32,000 nucleotides of DNA from Synechocystis sp. PCC 6803 substr. PCC-P (GCF_000284455.1 NC_017039.1:540001-572000), one strand, 5' to 3'; positions 1-9,234 are shown, numbered from the stretch's first letter. Numbers and translations: made by a program. Notes: generated by a model from the letters alone, not told the origin.

Positions 1-112
1 CAATGATGCCGATTGTGGTGGATAGCCCGCGCTATTAATGGCCATGGTACTGGCATTTTCCGGTTTAATGCTGGCTGTATAACTAAGGCGATCGCCGTTT
101 GTAGGAGTTCAT

Positions 113-865
113 TTGGCTAATATCACCGTTCAAGGCAAAACTTTTACCCAGATCCAAGCCCTAATTTTCGATAAGGACGGCACTCTGGAAAATTCCAAGG
201 TGTATCTGGAAAAACTCACCGTGGCTAGGTTGGCCCTATTGGAACAGGGAATACCAGCCGCAAACTTTGGCGATCGCCTGGCTGGGGCCTTTGGTTTTGA
301 CCGGAGCAGTGCTCAGTTAGATCCAGGGGGACTAATGGCGGTGGGCAGTCGTCGGGATAATGTTATTGCCGCCGCTAGCTACATTGCCGAACAGGGCTAT
401 GGCTGGTTCCAGAGTTTGGACATTGCTAACCAATGTTTTGACCAGGCCGATCGCCAAATTATTGCCAATGCCCATACCTGTCCCATGTTCCCCGGAGTAG
501 TGGACAGCCTTACATTGTGGCAACAACAGGGGGTAAAAATTGCCATCCTTTCCGCCGCCCGCCAAAGGAGTGTGGAACGGTTCATTGCCGATCACCAATT
601 GCAAAGCCTAGTGGATGTGGCTAAGGGGTCGGACCAAGGACTCAGTAAACCTGATCCAGCTTTATACCTTTTAACCTGCCGGGAGTTGGGCGTGAAACCG
701 GAGCACACCTTGATGATTGGGGATGCCCAGGGGGATATCACCATGGCCAAAGGGGCCCATGCCCAAGGGGCGATCGCCATTCACTGGCCTGGTTATGCCC
801 AGGGAAACCTAGTGGGGACCGACGCCACCATCGCCGATTTACAGCAAATTCACTGCCAGCCCTAA
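113..865 (+). CDS. HAD-superfamily hydrolase (phosphoglycolate phosphatase-like)
   Basis: ORF track. DKDGTL motif near the N-terminus and GDAQGD motif near the C-terminus. Start codon is TTG with AGGAG about 8 nt upstream. Confidence 0.85.
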   Translation: MANITVQGKTFTQIQALIFDKDGTLENSKVYLEKLTVARLALLEQGIPAANFGDRLAGAFGFDRSSAQLDPGGLMAVGSRRDNVIAAASYIAEQGYGWFQSLDIANQCFDQADRQIIANAHTCPMFPGVVDSLTLWQQQGVKIAILSAARQRSVERFIADHQLQSLVDVAKGSDQGLSKPDPALYLLTCRELGVKPEHTLMIGDAQGDITMAKGAHAQGAIAIHWPGYAQGNLVGTDATIADLQQIHCQP

Positions 866-964
866 ACACCCCCAACGGCCTAGCCCCAGCTTGAGCCGAA
901 ACAACAAACGTGGGAAGATAGCCCTTGCCCGTCGTCCTGGTTCTTAGTTTTTTGGTTAGTTCCT

Positions 965-2167
965 ATGCAGTGCCGTGTTTGTGATTCTACCCGTCTAGAT
1001 TTGGCGATCGATTTGGGGGAACAACCCTGGTGTAACCATTTTCTCACCCCGGCGGAAGTGGGCCAGGAACCCTATTATCCCCTGCGGGTTTTATACTGCC
1101 AGGACTGCGGCACCGTGCAGTTGGACTACACAGTTAAAAAAGAAATCATGTTTGGGGACCACACCTATTTGTCCGGTGTGACCAAATCCCTCAGTGATCA
1201 TTTTGCTCGGGTGGCCCAGGAAGTGGACGAACGCTTTTTTGCCAATACTCCCGGAAAATCCGTGCTGGACATTGGCTCCAACGATGGCACCCAACTAAAA
1301 CATTTCCAAGCCTTGGGTTACGACGTACTGGGGGTGGAATCCTCCAAAACCACTGCCAAAATTGCCAACGATGCGGGGGTGCCCACCCTGAATGATTTTT
1401 TCAATTTGGAAGTAGTCGAAAAGTTAGGGCGTAAATTTTCCGCCATTAATGCGGCGGGCGTCTTTTTCCATCTCGAAGAACTCCATTCCGTAACGGAAGG
1501 TATTCGGGAAGCGTTGGCAGAAGATGGGGTATTTGTGGTGCAGTTTCTTTACATGAAACGCATTGTGGAAAACCTGGCTTTCGACCAAATTTACCACGAG
1601 CATTTACTGTACTATAATCTCCAAACCATCGAAGTGTTGCTCAATCGCCATGGACTGTCCATGTTTGATGCCTACTTAGCTCCTATCCACGGTGGTTCCA
1701 TTGTCGGTTTTGTCACCCATCAAGGCAAACGGCAACCCACAGAACGGCTCCAGGCCATGCGCCAGTCGGAAATAGATGAAAAAAGTAATGATTACCAAAC
1801 CTACCTTGATTTTGCCCAACGCATTGAAACGATGAAGGCAGAAAACCTGGCCTATTTAGACGAAGCTAAGCAAGCTGGTAAAACCGTTTGGGGCTTTGGC
1901 GCTCCGGTGAAGGGTAATACCTTGCTCAATTACTTTGGCATTGGTACCCAATATTTAGACTATTTGGTGGAAAAAAATGAGCTACGGCGGGGCTTGGTTT
2001 CTCCTGGTATGCACATTCCGCTTTTAATTGAAAAAGAGCTAACCACTTTGCCCGATATTTATTACGTTTTAGCGTGGAACTTTAAGCGGGAAATTTTGGC
2101 TAATAATCAGCATTTAATTGACCAGGGGGTGGAATTTTTCTTCCCCGTTAATCCCCCCGATGCCTAG
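965..2167 (+). CDS. class I SAM-dependent methyltransferase of the deoxysugar C-methyltransferase type, with N-terminal Zn-binding Cys cluster
   Basis: N-terminal CRVC...YCQDCG cysteine pairs, VLDIGSNDGT SAM-binding motif, GFGAPVKGNTLLNYF C-terminal motif typical of the Methyltransf_13/14 architecture. Confidence 0.85.
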   Translation: MQCRVCDSTRLDLAIDLGEQPWCNHFLTPAEVGQEPYYPLRVLYCQDCGTVQLDYTVKKEIMFGDHTYLSGVTKSLSDHFARVAQEVDERFFANTPGKSVLDIGSNDGTQLKHFQALGYDVLGVESSKTTAKIANDAGVPTLNDFFNLEVVEKLGRKFSAINAAGVFFHLEELHSVTEGIREALAEDGVFVVQFLYMKRIVENLAFDQIYHEHLLYYNLQTIEVLLNRHGLSMFDAYLAPIHGGSIVGFVTHQGKRQPTERLQAMRQSEIDEKSNDYQTYLDFAQRIETMKAENLAYLDEAKQAGKTVWGFGAPVKGNTLLNYFGIGTQYLDYLVEKNELRRGLVSPGMHIPLLIEKELTTLPDIYYVLAWNFKREILANNQHLIDQGVEFFFPVNPPDA

Positions 2168-2206
2168 GGCCATATCGATCATGAATTCAATACACTTGAT
2201 TACTCT

Positions 2207-2698
2207 CTAGGTGTTTTTAGGCTCGTTTTTGATACCTAGTTTTTCCAAATTAATATTTAGGCATTCTGCAATTTGCTCATGACTTAATCCAAAAGTGAGA
2301 AGTTTTTCAATAAGTCTCGTCAAAAACTGATCATTTTGGCAACTTTTGTCTGATCTTTTATCTAAACCTACGTAAAAACTAACTTGGTCTATTGAACCAA
2401 CCGTATTATCGTTTCCAGAAATGCTTACGTTGTTGGCGAATTTGTGACGAAGTAAGCTAGACCTAATATTTGATTTGTTAATCTCTTCTCCAAAAATTTC
2501 TGAGAATAATTTCCACAATTCGTAACCAATGTCCTTAATATATCCTTCTGTACAGTTTAAATCTCTCGCTATATCTGCATATTTTTTTCTTTGTAAAACC
2601 CCTTCAATGACCCCAAACTCAATATCATCCAGGTGTCTACCTGTTTTTTGAAACACCATATCGTCAGCGAAAAGCAAGCACTCCCCTAAATCCATCAT
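2207..2698 (-). CDS. small protein with vWA-MoxR-associated (vMAP)-type N-terminal HTH domain
   Basis: Sequence 'FQKTGRHLDDIEFGVIEGVLQRKKYADIARDLNCTEGYIKDIGYELWKLFSEIFGEEINKSNIRSSLLRH' matches the pattern of the N-terminal HTH fused to NACHT/NB-ARC/CHAT proteins in cyanobacteria. Here it stands alone with a 'NNVSISGNDNTVGSIDQVSF' tail. Confidence 0.7.
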   Translation of the reverse strand: MMDLGECLLFADDMVFQKTGRHLDDIEFGVIEGVLQRKKYADIARDLNCTEGYIKDIGYELWKLFSEIFGEEINKSNIRSSLLRHKFANNVSISGNDNTVGSIDQVSFYVGLDKRSDKSCQNDQFLTRLIEKLLTFGLSHEQIAECLNINLEKLGIKNEPKNT

Positions 2699-2737
2699 AT
2701 CCGTTAATTTAAGTTTGGTTTAGGTTGTCGCACAAAA

Positions 2738-2841
2738 TAGTATACGTCTAAATTCGACTTTATTCGACTTTTTCTAAATTTGATGACAATTCAAAATAGT
2801 TAAAGTATACAAACTGACTAAATCCGACCTAGTTCGACTTT
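2738..2841. promoter_or_regulatory. phased decamer direct repeats in the divergent intergenic region (putative operator)
   Basis: AATTCGACTT 2751-2760, TATTCGACTT 2761-2770, AATCCGACCT 2821-2830, AGTTCGACTT 2831-2840. Both pairs are preceded by CTA and by an AGTATAC upstream (2739-2745 and 2804-2810). Confidence 0.5.
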
Positions 2842-2904
2842 ACGAACAATTTAGATTTGTAGTAAGGTGACAACGTCAGTAAAAAAACTCTATCGGTTTA
2901 AATT

Positions 2905-3444
2905 ATGTTAAGCTTAGAAAAAGGTCAGTCTCTTTCCCTTACTAAACCAGATGGGTCTAGTATTCAGAAAGTTCGTGTAGGGCTGTCATGGGATGTCGCT
3001 AGCATAGGCTCTAATGTTGACTTAGACCTTTTTGTCGTACATAAAGAATCTAAAAAAGTTGCCTTTTTTAATGACAAAACCGCAATTTCTGGTATCAAGT
3101 TAAGTGATGATAATTTGACTGGCGAGGGAGAAGGAGATGATGAGTTTACAGAACTAGATGCAACAAAGACTGATGATGGAGATTATTATATTTGTGTCAA
3201 TATTTACGACGCAAAATCAAGAAAACAGGCTTTTAACCTTGTAAATAATGCAAAAGCAACAATTTATAATAACGAGACTAACACAGCCCTTGCTAGCTAT
3301 TCTATTACTGAAGACGGAGGTCAAAACACAGGCATTATTGTCGCCAAATTAAAAGATGTAGGCGGTAGCTATGAATTCACTGCACTCGGGGAGTATATTG
3401 TTGGCGACATTAACGAAATTGCCCAGGTAGTTTTTAGAAAATAA
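2905..3444 (+). CDS. TerD-family (tellurium resistance / stress) protein
   Basis: LEKGQSLSLTK, VRVGLSWD, VDLDLFV and C-terminal 'YEFTALGEYI' are characteristic of TerD domains. Confidence 0.9.
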   Translation: MLSLEKGQSLSLTKPDGSSIQKVRVGLSWDVASIGSNVDLDLFVVHKESKKVAFFNDKTAISGIKLSDDNLTGEGEGDDEFTELDATKTDDGDYYICVNIYDAKSRKQAFNLVNNAKATIYNNETNTALASYSITEDGGQNTGIIVAKLKDVGGSYEFTALGEYIVGDINEIAQVVFRK

Positions 3445-3569
3445 CCTGATAATCGTAGGAAATTCTCCTTGTAATTGTGTTTAGATTTTTTGTGGAATGG
3501 GAAGAAATTTTTCTTCCCATTCATTTTTCAAATATTTAAGGTCTGTTTCATTGTGAATGATTATGATGC

Positions 3570-4973
3570 CTAATGGCTAAAGTGGGAACCTTCCTGCTTC
3601 GGTTTGTGGTCCGGTTGGCTGGCAAAATAGGCGATCGCCCTTTCCATGTCCGCTAACAAAAGGTCCGCCATATCCCGACTAAAACCCTCTTTCACGACAA
3701 TGCGTTGCACCACCAAATCTTCACGGTTTTTGGGCATGCGATAGGCGGGCACCAACCAGCCCCGTTCCCGCAATTTGTCGGCCATGTCGTACAGGGTATA
3801 ACAAGTGTTGGCCAATACTTCGTCCTTTAATCTCCAGGCAAAAACCGGGATATCCCCACCGTCGGTGAGCAATTCAAAAGGGCCTAATTGGGCAATTTTG
3901 CCAGATAGATACAGAGCCGTATCTCGACAAGTCTGTTGGATTTTGCGGTAACCTTCTTTGCCTAAGCGGAGAAAGTTATAATACTGGGCCACTACCTGAT
4001 TGCCGGGGCGGGAAAAGTTGAGGGCAAAGTTGGGTAAATCTCCCCCCAAATAGTTGCAATGGAAAATTAATTCTTCCGGTAATTCTTCCTTATCCCGCCA
4101 AATGATCCAACCTACCCCCGGATAAACTAAACCGTATTTGTGGCCAGAGGTGTTGATGGATTTCACCCAAGGTAAACGAAAATCCCAACGCAAATCTGGA
4201 TCTAAAAAGGGAGCAATAAAACCACCGCTGGCGGCATCTATGTGCAGAGGCACCTGCCAACCAGTTCTTTGATTTAAAGTTTCCAGGGCATCGTTCAACG
4301 CTTCAATGGGTTCATAACTGCCGTCAAAGGTGCTACCTAAAATACCAATTACACCGATGGTATTTTCGTCAATTAGCTTAACTGCTTCTTCCGGGCTGAT
4401 GTGGTACCGATCGCCTTCCATGGGGACAAAGCGGGGTTCCACTTCCCAGTAACGACAAAACTTTTCCCAACAAACCTGGACGTTAATGCCCATAACCAAA
4501 TTCGGGCGATCGCCTGGTTTCCCTGCCGCTTGTCGTCGTTGCCGCCATTTCCACTTCATGGCCATCCCCCCCAACATGGCCGCTTCACTAGAACCAATGG
4601 TGGAACAGCCGGTGGCTTCCGCACTGGCCGGAGCATTCCAGAGTCGGGACAAAATATTGACGCAACGCAACTCAATTTCCGCCGTTTGGGGATATTCATC
4701 CTTATCGATCATGTTTTTGTCGAAGGTATCCGCCATCAGTTGCCTAGCTTCCGGCTCCATCCAAGTGGTGACAAAGGTGGCCAGGTTTAATCGGGAATTG
4801 CCATCTAGCCCCAGTTCATCGTGGATGAGGTTATAGGCGATCGCCGGTAGCATTTCCGTTTCTGGCATTTCATATTTACTGACAGAATTGGCTAGGCCCC
4901 GGGCCGCATAGGTGGGGGTCAGTAGGCTTTCCGCTTCACTGAGCTGGTTGAGGTCAATTTTTTTATGCACCAT
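3570..4973 (-). CDS. gad: glutamate decarboxylase (PLP-dependent)
   Basis: 467 aa. STIGSSEAAMLGGMAMKWKWR, HIDAASGGFIAPF and PLP-lysine motif SINTSGHKYGLVYPGVGW. Confidence 0.95.
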   Translation of the reverse strand: MVHKKIDLNQLSEAESLLTPTYAARGLANSVSKYEMPETEMLPAIAYNLIHDELGLDGNSRLNLATFVTTWMEPEARQLMADTFDKNMIDKDEYPQTAEIELRCVNILSRLWNAPASAEATGCSTIGSSEAAMLGGMAMKWKWRQRRQAAGKPGDRPNLVMGINVQVCWEKFCRYWEVEPRFVPMEGDRYHISPEEAVKLIDENTIGVIGILGSTFDGSYEPIEALNDALETLNQRTGWQVPLHIDAASGGFIAPFLDPDLRWDFRLPWVKSINTSGHKYGLVYPGVGWIIWRDKEELPEELIFHCNYLGGDLPNFALNFSRPGNQVVAQYYNFLRLGKEGYRKIQQTCRDTALYLSGKIAQLGPFELLTDGGDIPVFAWRLKDEVLANTCYTLYDMADKLRERGWLVPAYRMPKNREDLVVQRIVVKEGFSRDMADLLLADMERAIAYFASQPDHKPKQEGSHFSH

Positions 4974-5130
4974 AATGATTATTACAATTTTGCCAATGGA
5001 GATTAACTTTCCCTTCAGGGTAACGGCTGACTGACTTTTGATACGGAAATTTTGTTAGGGAGGAGAAAATCAAAAAATGCGATGTAGTATAAAAAAATCT
5101 TACTCGTATGAAATGATCTTAGTACACTAA

Positions 5131-5355
5131 ATGAATAGCTTACTGTCTCGCATTACCCAAACCCCCGGTCAGTGTGGTGGTCGTCCTTGTATTCGAGGGA
5201 TGAGGATTCGAGTGAGCGACATCCTAGAAATGTTAGCTGAGAATGTTAGCACCTCTGAGATTTTAGAGGACTTTCCAGACCTAGAAATGGCCGATATTCA
5301 GGCTTGTCTAGTGTTTGCTGCACGGCGGACTGATTTTTCCCGGTTGACGGCATGA
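5131..5355 (+). CDS. DUF433 domain protein, putative antitoxin
   Basis: 'QTPGQCGGRPCIRGMRIRVSDILEMLAENVSTSEILEDFPDLEMADIQACLVFAAR' is the classic DUF433 pattern. Confidence 0.88.
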   Translation: MNSLLSRITQTPGQCGGRPCIRGMRIRVSDILEMLAENVSTSEILEDFPDLEMADIQACLVFAARRTDFSRLTA

Positions 5356-5690
5356 ATATTTGGGTTGATGCTCAACTACCTCCAACATTGGCAGATTGGC
5401 TGTCGAGTAATTTTGATTTAGAGGCGTCAGCTTTGAGGGATCTGGGATTACGGGATGCAAGAGACATTGAAATTTTTGATGCCGCACGAGTTGCCAACTC
5501 TGTAATCATGACAAAAGACAGCGACTTCGTTGATCTTGTATGTCGATTAGGAATACCACCTCAAATCATTTGGCTAACTTGCGGTAACGTTACGAATCGA
5601 AACTTACGTCGAATTCTCTCAAGTACTTTGCCACAGGCTCTGGAAAAACTGCAAGCAGGCGAAATTATCATAGAAATCAGCAACTCCTGA
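5352..5690 (+). CDS. DUF5615 PIN-like domain protein, putative toxin
   Basis: 'MNIWVDAQLPPTLADWLSS...DARDIEIFDAARVANSVIMTKDSDFVDL' is the DUF5615/PIN-like motif. Start codon overlaps the stop of the upstream DUF433 ORF (ATGA). Confidence 0.88.
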   Translation: MNIWVDAQLPPTLADWLSSNFDLEASALRDLGLRDARDIEIFDAARVANSVIMTKDSDFVDLVCRLGIPPQIIWLTCGNVTNRNLRRILSSTLPQALEKLQAGEIIIEISNS

Positions 5691-5692
5691 CA

Positions 5693-6658
5693 TCAGGTTA
5701 ACTCGCTGGCCAAAGACCCATACAGATTTGATTGGCGATCAACTAAGTAATTAGTTTGTTCTGGATGGAGGGAACCATAATCTGCGGAGACACAATCGGC
5801 AATGAGCAAAGTTTCTTCATTACGGGGATAGAGCAAAAGATCACCATGGGGCCCGGCAATGGCACTGTTGCCTAAATATTCCCCCACCAATACCGTTTTC
5901 CCCTGGGCATTGAGCCTGGTTTCAGCGCCAGCCCGATTGCAGTAGGCAACAAAAATATGATTTTCCAAAGCCCGCACGGGAATAACGTTGTGGGACACAT
6001 CAGGGTAGGGAATTTTTGTCCTTTCCCCAGTGGATAACAAGGTCCAAATATCCGCCGCCGTGGGAATAACCACTAATTTTGCCCCCCGCAGGGCTAGGAT
6101 ACGGGTCAATTCGGCAAATTCCGCTTCATAACAGTTCAATAAACCGATGGGAAAACCGTTAACTTTATGGACCGTAAAGGCTTTACCTTCTTCCTTATGG
6201 CGATGGCCGCGGGAGTAAATTTTGCTTTCGTCGGGGCCCCAAAGATGGGTTTTGCGATAGGTTTTGACCAATTTTCCTTGGTCATCAAACAGATTAATGC
6301 TGTCGTAGTAGTGGATTTCCCCGTTAATGGCCGCCTTTTCTGGGTAGGGACAAATGATGGCCATCTGATATTTGTGCGCTAGTTGCCCCACCTGGGTCAT
6401 CACTTCCCCGTCCCTGGCGATCGCCAATTGATGGACTTCTTGGGGAGAAAGGGCATAACCAGTTAGATAAAGTTCGGCAAAGCTAATTAGCTGGGCTTCA
6501 AAACGTTGGGCTCCCTGGAGGGCTTCTTCCATTTTTGCCAAGTAATAGGCGATCGCCTCAGTATTACCAATGGGCCCGCCTTGGTTTTGGTAAATGGCTA
6601 ATCTTACCCCCGTGCCCGGAGCAGGTGGTTGGGGCTGAAGACGGGTTAGATAAATCAT
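5693..6658 (-). CDS. carbon-nitrogen (nitrilase/amidase) family hydrolase
   Basis: Glu in 'QLISFAELYLTGYA', Lys in 'YRKTHLW', Cys in 'GLLNCYEAEFAE' form the C-N hydrolase triad context. Confidence 0.85.
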   Translation of the reverse strand: MIYLTRLQPQPPAPGTGVRLAIYQNQGGPIGNTEAIAYYLAKMEEALQGAQRFEAQLISFAELYLTGYALSPQEVHQLAIARDGEVMTQVGQLAHKYQMAIICPYPEKAAINGEIHYYDSINLFDDQGKLVKTYRKTHLWGPDESKIYSRGHRHKEEGKAFTVHKVNGFPIGLLNCYEAEFAELTRILALRGAKLVVIPTAADIWTLLSTGERTKIPYPDVSHNVIPVRALENHIFVAYCNRAGAETRLNAQGKTVLVGEYLGNSAIAGPHGDLLLYPRNEETLLIADCVSADYGSLHPEQTNYLVDRQSNLYGSLASELT

Positions 6659-7494
6659 GGGCTAATTACCTGACTAAGTTGCGTAAAAATATCCTTAACT
6701 TCTTGGGTGGAGTTTCCCCGGTAGCGGGCAATTAGGCCTTGGGTCGCAGTTAAAGTTAGGCCAAACTGCGGCGATCGCCCTTGGCTGTGAATTATCTCCT
6801 GAGCTTGATGGACTAAATCCTGGTCAAAGGAACGACTCAAGTCCACATAGGTGCCCAAACAAGTGAAGCCCGCCAGGGCATTGGGAGATTCGTAAAGTTG
6901 TTCCGAACCAATTAGCTGTTGCCTTTCTCCCCAAATTAATTTATCCCCCTGCCAAATTTCCCAACTCGATCGCCAATGGCCTTGGGTAAATTTTTCTCCT
7001 CTGGCGGTGCGCCCCAAACGGACAATTTCCCAACCTTTGAAACGGGCCTGCTCCTGGAGCTTAATGCAGAAATTTTGTTGATAGCGGGCCTGGTCAAAAA
7101 TAATTGTTTCCTGGGGACACCAGAGTACCGAAGCTCCGACTCTCACCTCTAGGTTGACGGTCTGTTCACTCCAGGGCCCCAAACTACGATAAATCTTTCC
7201 CGCCGAAGCACTGGTGAAACACACATCACTCTGGGCTTCTAACACAATGTCATAGCCCAGGCGATCGCCCCCCACCATGCCGCCCCCAGTATGGAGCAAC
7301 ATGGTCTGACATTGGCCAGTGTCATCCGGATAAAAAGACCGTTGCACTTTCAAAGGAGCCTGCACCAAGCATTCAACCATGCGGGTACGGTGTCCTGGAC
7401 GGTCATAACGGAGCCAAAGATTGGCCTGCCAGGGGGCGGAAGGGTTAACAGTGGAAGCGCTTAGCAAAGAATTTGCACTCGGTAAATTGAGCAA
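6655..7494 (-). CDS. ureD: urease accessory protein UreD
   Basis: 'LLHTGGGMVGGDRLGYDI', 'GKIYRS', 'WCPQETIIFDQARYQQ', 'GREKFTQGHWRSSWEIW' are UreD hallmarks. Confidence 0.92.
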   Translation of the reverse strand: MLNLPSANSLLSASTVNPSAPWQANLWLRYDRPGHRTRMVECLVQAPLKVQRSFYPDDTGQCQTMLLHTGGGMVGGDRLGYDIVLEAQSDVCFTSASAGKIYRSLGPWSEQTVNLEVRVGASVLWCPQETIIFDQARYQQNFCIKLQEQARFKGWEIVRLGRTARGEKFTQGHWRSSWEIWQGDKLIWGERQQLIGSEQLYESPNALAGFTCLGTYVDLSRSFDQDLVHQAQEIIHSQGRSPQFGLTLTATQGLIARYRGNSTQEVKDIFTQLSQVISP

Positions 7495-7526
7495 CGGACA
7501 ATAACTGTGATCTTGCTCAAGGATGC

Positions 7527-7976
7527 CTAGCTAGCTTGGGGCAACAGGTTCAAAAAGGAATCAAAATCCGCCAAGGCTTCCTGGTACTGGATTTTAGCTT
7601 GGGAACCATTACGGTCTTTGGCCGCCGCATCCAATCGTTCTAGGTGACCAAACACTTCTTTAGCCAGGGTTTTGGCTTTATCCTGATCCTTCGGTAACAA
7701 AGAACTGGCTAGCCCCAACATATCCCGGCGTAGTTGTCCTAAAGGCCCGTGGATATAGGTTTGGGTATCGACCCAATTTTGATCAGCAATCAGGCCCTGC
7801 AACCTTTTTTCCATGCCGTCCCGAGCCACGGCGATCGGATTGACGTAGACCTGCAACTGGGCAATTTTTTCTGGGCTATAGGTAGTGGGGATTTCCACCT
7901 GGGGGCTACTGCAACTAACGAGGACCGTAGTTACTAAGACCAGAATAAGGGAAAGTAACGAACGTAAACGAGACAT
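7527..7976 (-). CDS. psbQ: photosystem II lipoprotein PsbQ (cyanobacterial)
   Basis: 149 aa. Lipoprotein signal (TTVLVSCSS), helical 'MEKRLQGLIADQNWVDTQTYIHGPLGQLRRDMLGLASSLLP' region typical of cyanobacterial PsbQ. Confidence 0.9.
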   Translation of the reverse strand: MSRLRSLLSLILVLVTTVLVSCSSPQVEIPTTYSPEKIAQLQVYVNPIAVARDGMEKRLQGLIADQNWVDTQTYIHGPLGQLRRDMLGLASSLLPKDQDKAKTLAKEVFGHLERLDAAAKDRNGSQAKIQYQEALADFDSFLNLLPQAS

Positions 7977-8337
7977 AAGCTTGGGTTACGGTGTTATTGA
8001 CATTGATGAAATTTGACAAGGAAAAGTTATCCCTGCAATTCTGTTCAATCATACGTGCTTTTCTGACCGAAAACGAGTACCAGACCACCCTAACTCCCTA
8101 GGGAGCAAGCACCCCATAAACAAGCTTGAGTATAAATAACTAATTACCCATTCCATCGCTTAATGTTGGCCGCAGCATCGGACGGCAAGTTCTCCCCAGG
8201 AATAATAGTCCATTGTTCATCAACCAAGCTTTAAAAATATTCACAAAAAATTCTTCGGTATTAGCACTATTTTCTGGGCAAACAATTGAAAAAAATAAGC
8301 TAGCATGGCTTCAATATGAGTATTAAGTAGGTTAACC

Positions 8338-9234
8338 ATGGGTGCTGTTATCTCGGCGATCGCCGCTTTGGCTAGTTGGACAGTATTTATCACCGTTAAA
8401 AATCCTGAGAATCCCAAAATTCCTAAACTTTTACGGCCCCTGCTATTTTTTATTGCCCTACTCATGTCAGCATTATTTGTGCAACAGAGTTTAGGGCGAG
8501 CTCTGGTGGTGATTCCGGCGGGAGAAGTGGGGGTAATCGAAACTATGGGCACAGTGGATACCACTCCCCTTACCTCTGGGGTTTATTTCCTCAATCCCCT
8601 TTCCAAGGTCGTCACCTATTCCACCCGTTTGCAGGACATTAAAGAAACCGTAGATACCTCTTCCAAAGAAGGTTTGAACTTTAACATTGATGTCAGTTTG
8701 CAATATCGCCTTAACCCGGAAAAAGCTGGGGAAGTGTTTTCTAGCCTCGGCAGTGAAGAACAGCAAAGGGAAATTATTATCTCTCGCTTCCGTTCCCTCA
8801 TCCGGGAAAATACGGCCAAATACGATCTAAGTTCTATCTATGGTGATAAAAGAGCTGAGATTTCCGGAGTACTGGTTCAGTCAATGAAAGAGCAATTAGA
8901 ACCCCTGGGATTTGTGGTGGAAGAAGCCCTAATGAGAAATGTGATTTTGCCGGAAAATATTCAAAAAGCGATCCAAGCTAAAGTGGAAGTAGAGCAAAGT
9001 AATCAGAAAAAACAATTGGAATTAATTAGTGCCCGACGGGATGCGGAAAGAAAAATTATTGAAGCCCAAGGGGTAGCTGATTCCCAAAGAATTCTCTCCC
9101 AAAGTTTGACGGATCAAATTATTAAATTAAAGGCCATTGAAGCCACCCAGAAACTGGCGGAATCGCCCAACACCAAGGTATTAATTATGGGCTCGGGGGA
9201 GGGAAATTTGCCCATTATCATGTCGGACCCCTAA
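8338..9234 (+). CDS. SPFH/Band 7/prohibitin-family membrane protein
   Basis: N-terminal TM segments, '[47 protein letters not shown]', long '[32 protein letters not shown]' coiled coil. Confidence 0.93.
   Translation: MGAVISAIAALASWTVFITVKNPENPKIPKLLRPLLFFIALLMSALFVQQSLGRALVVIPAGEVGVIETMGTVDTTPLTSGVYFLNPLSKVVTYSTRLQDIKETVDTSSKEGLNFNIDVSLQYRLNPEKAGEVFSSLGSEEQQREIIISRFRSLIRENTAKYDLSSIYGDKRAEISGVLVQSMKEQLEPLGFVVEEALMRNVILPENIQKAIQAKVEVEQSNQKKQLELISARRDAERKIIEAQGVADSQRILSQSLTDQIIKLKAIEATQKLAESPNTKVLIMGSGEGNLPIIMSDP

Noticed and set aside
4401-4836. Plus-strand ORFs of 129 aa and 116 aa opposite gad
   Set aside because: Shadow ORFs of a strongly supported, highly conserved glutamate decarboxylase; proline/serine-rich, low-coherence translations with no recognised family.
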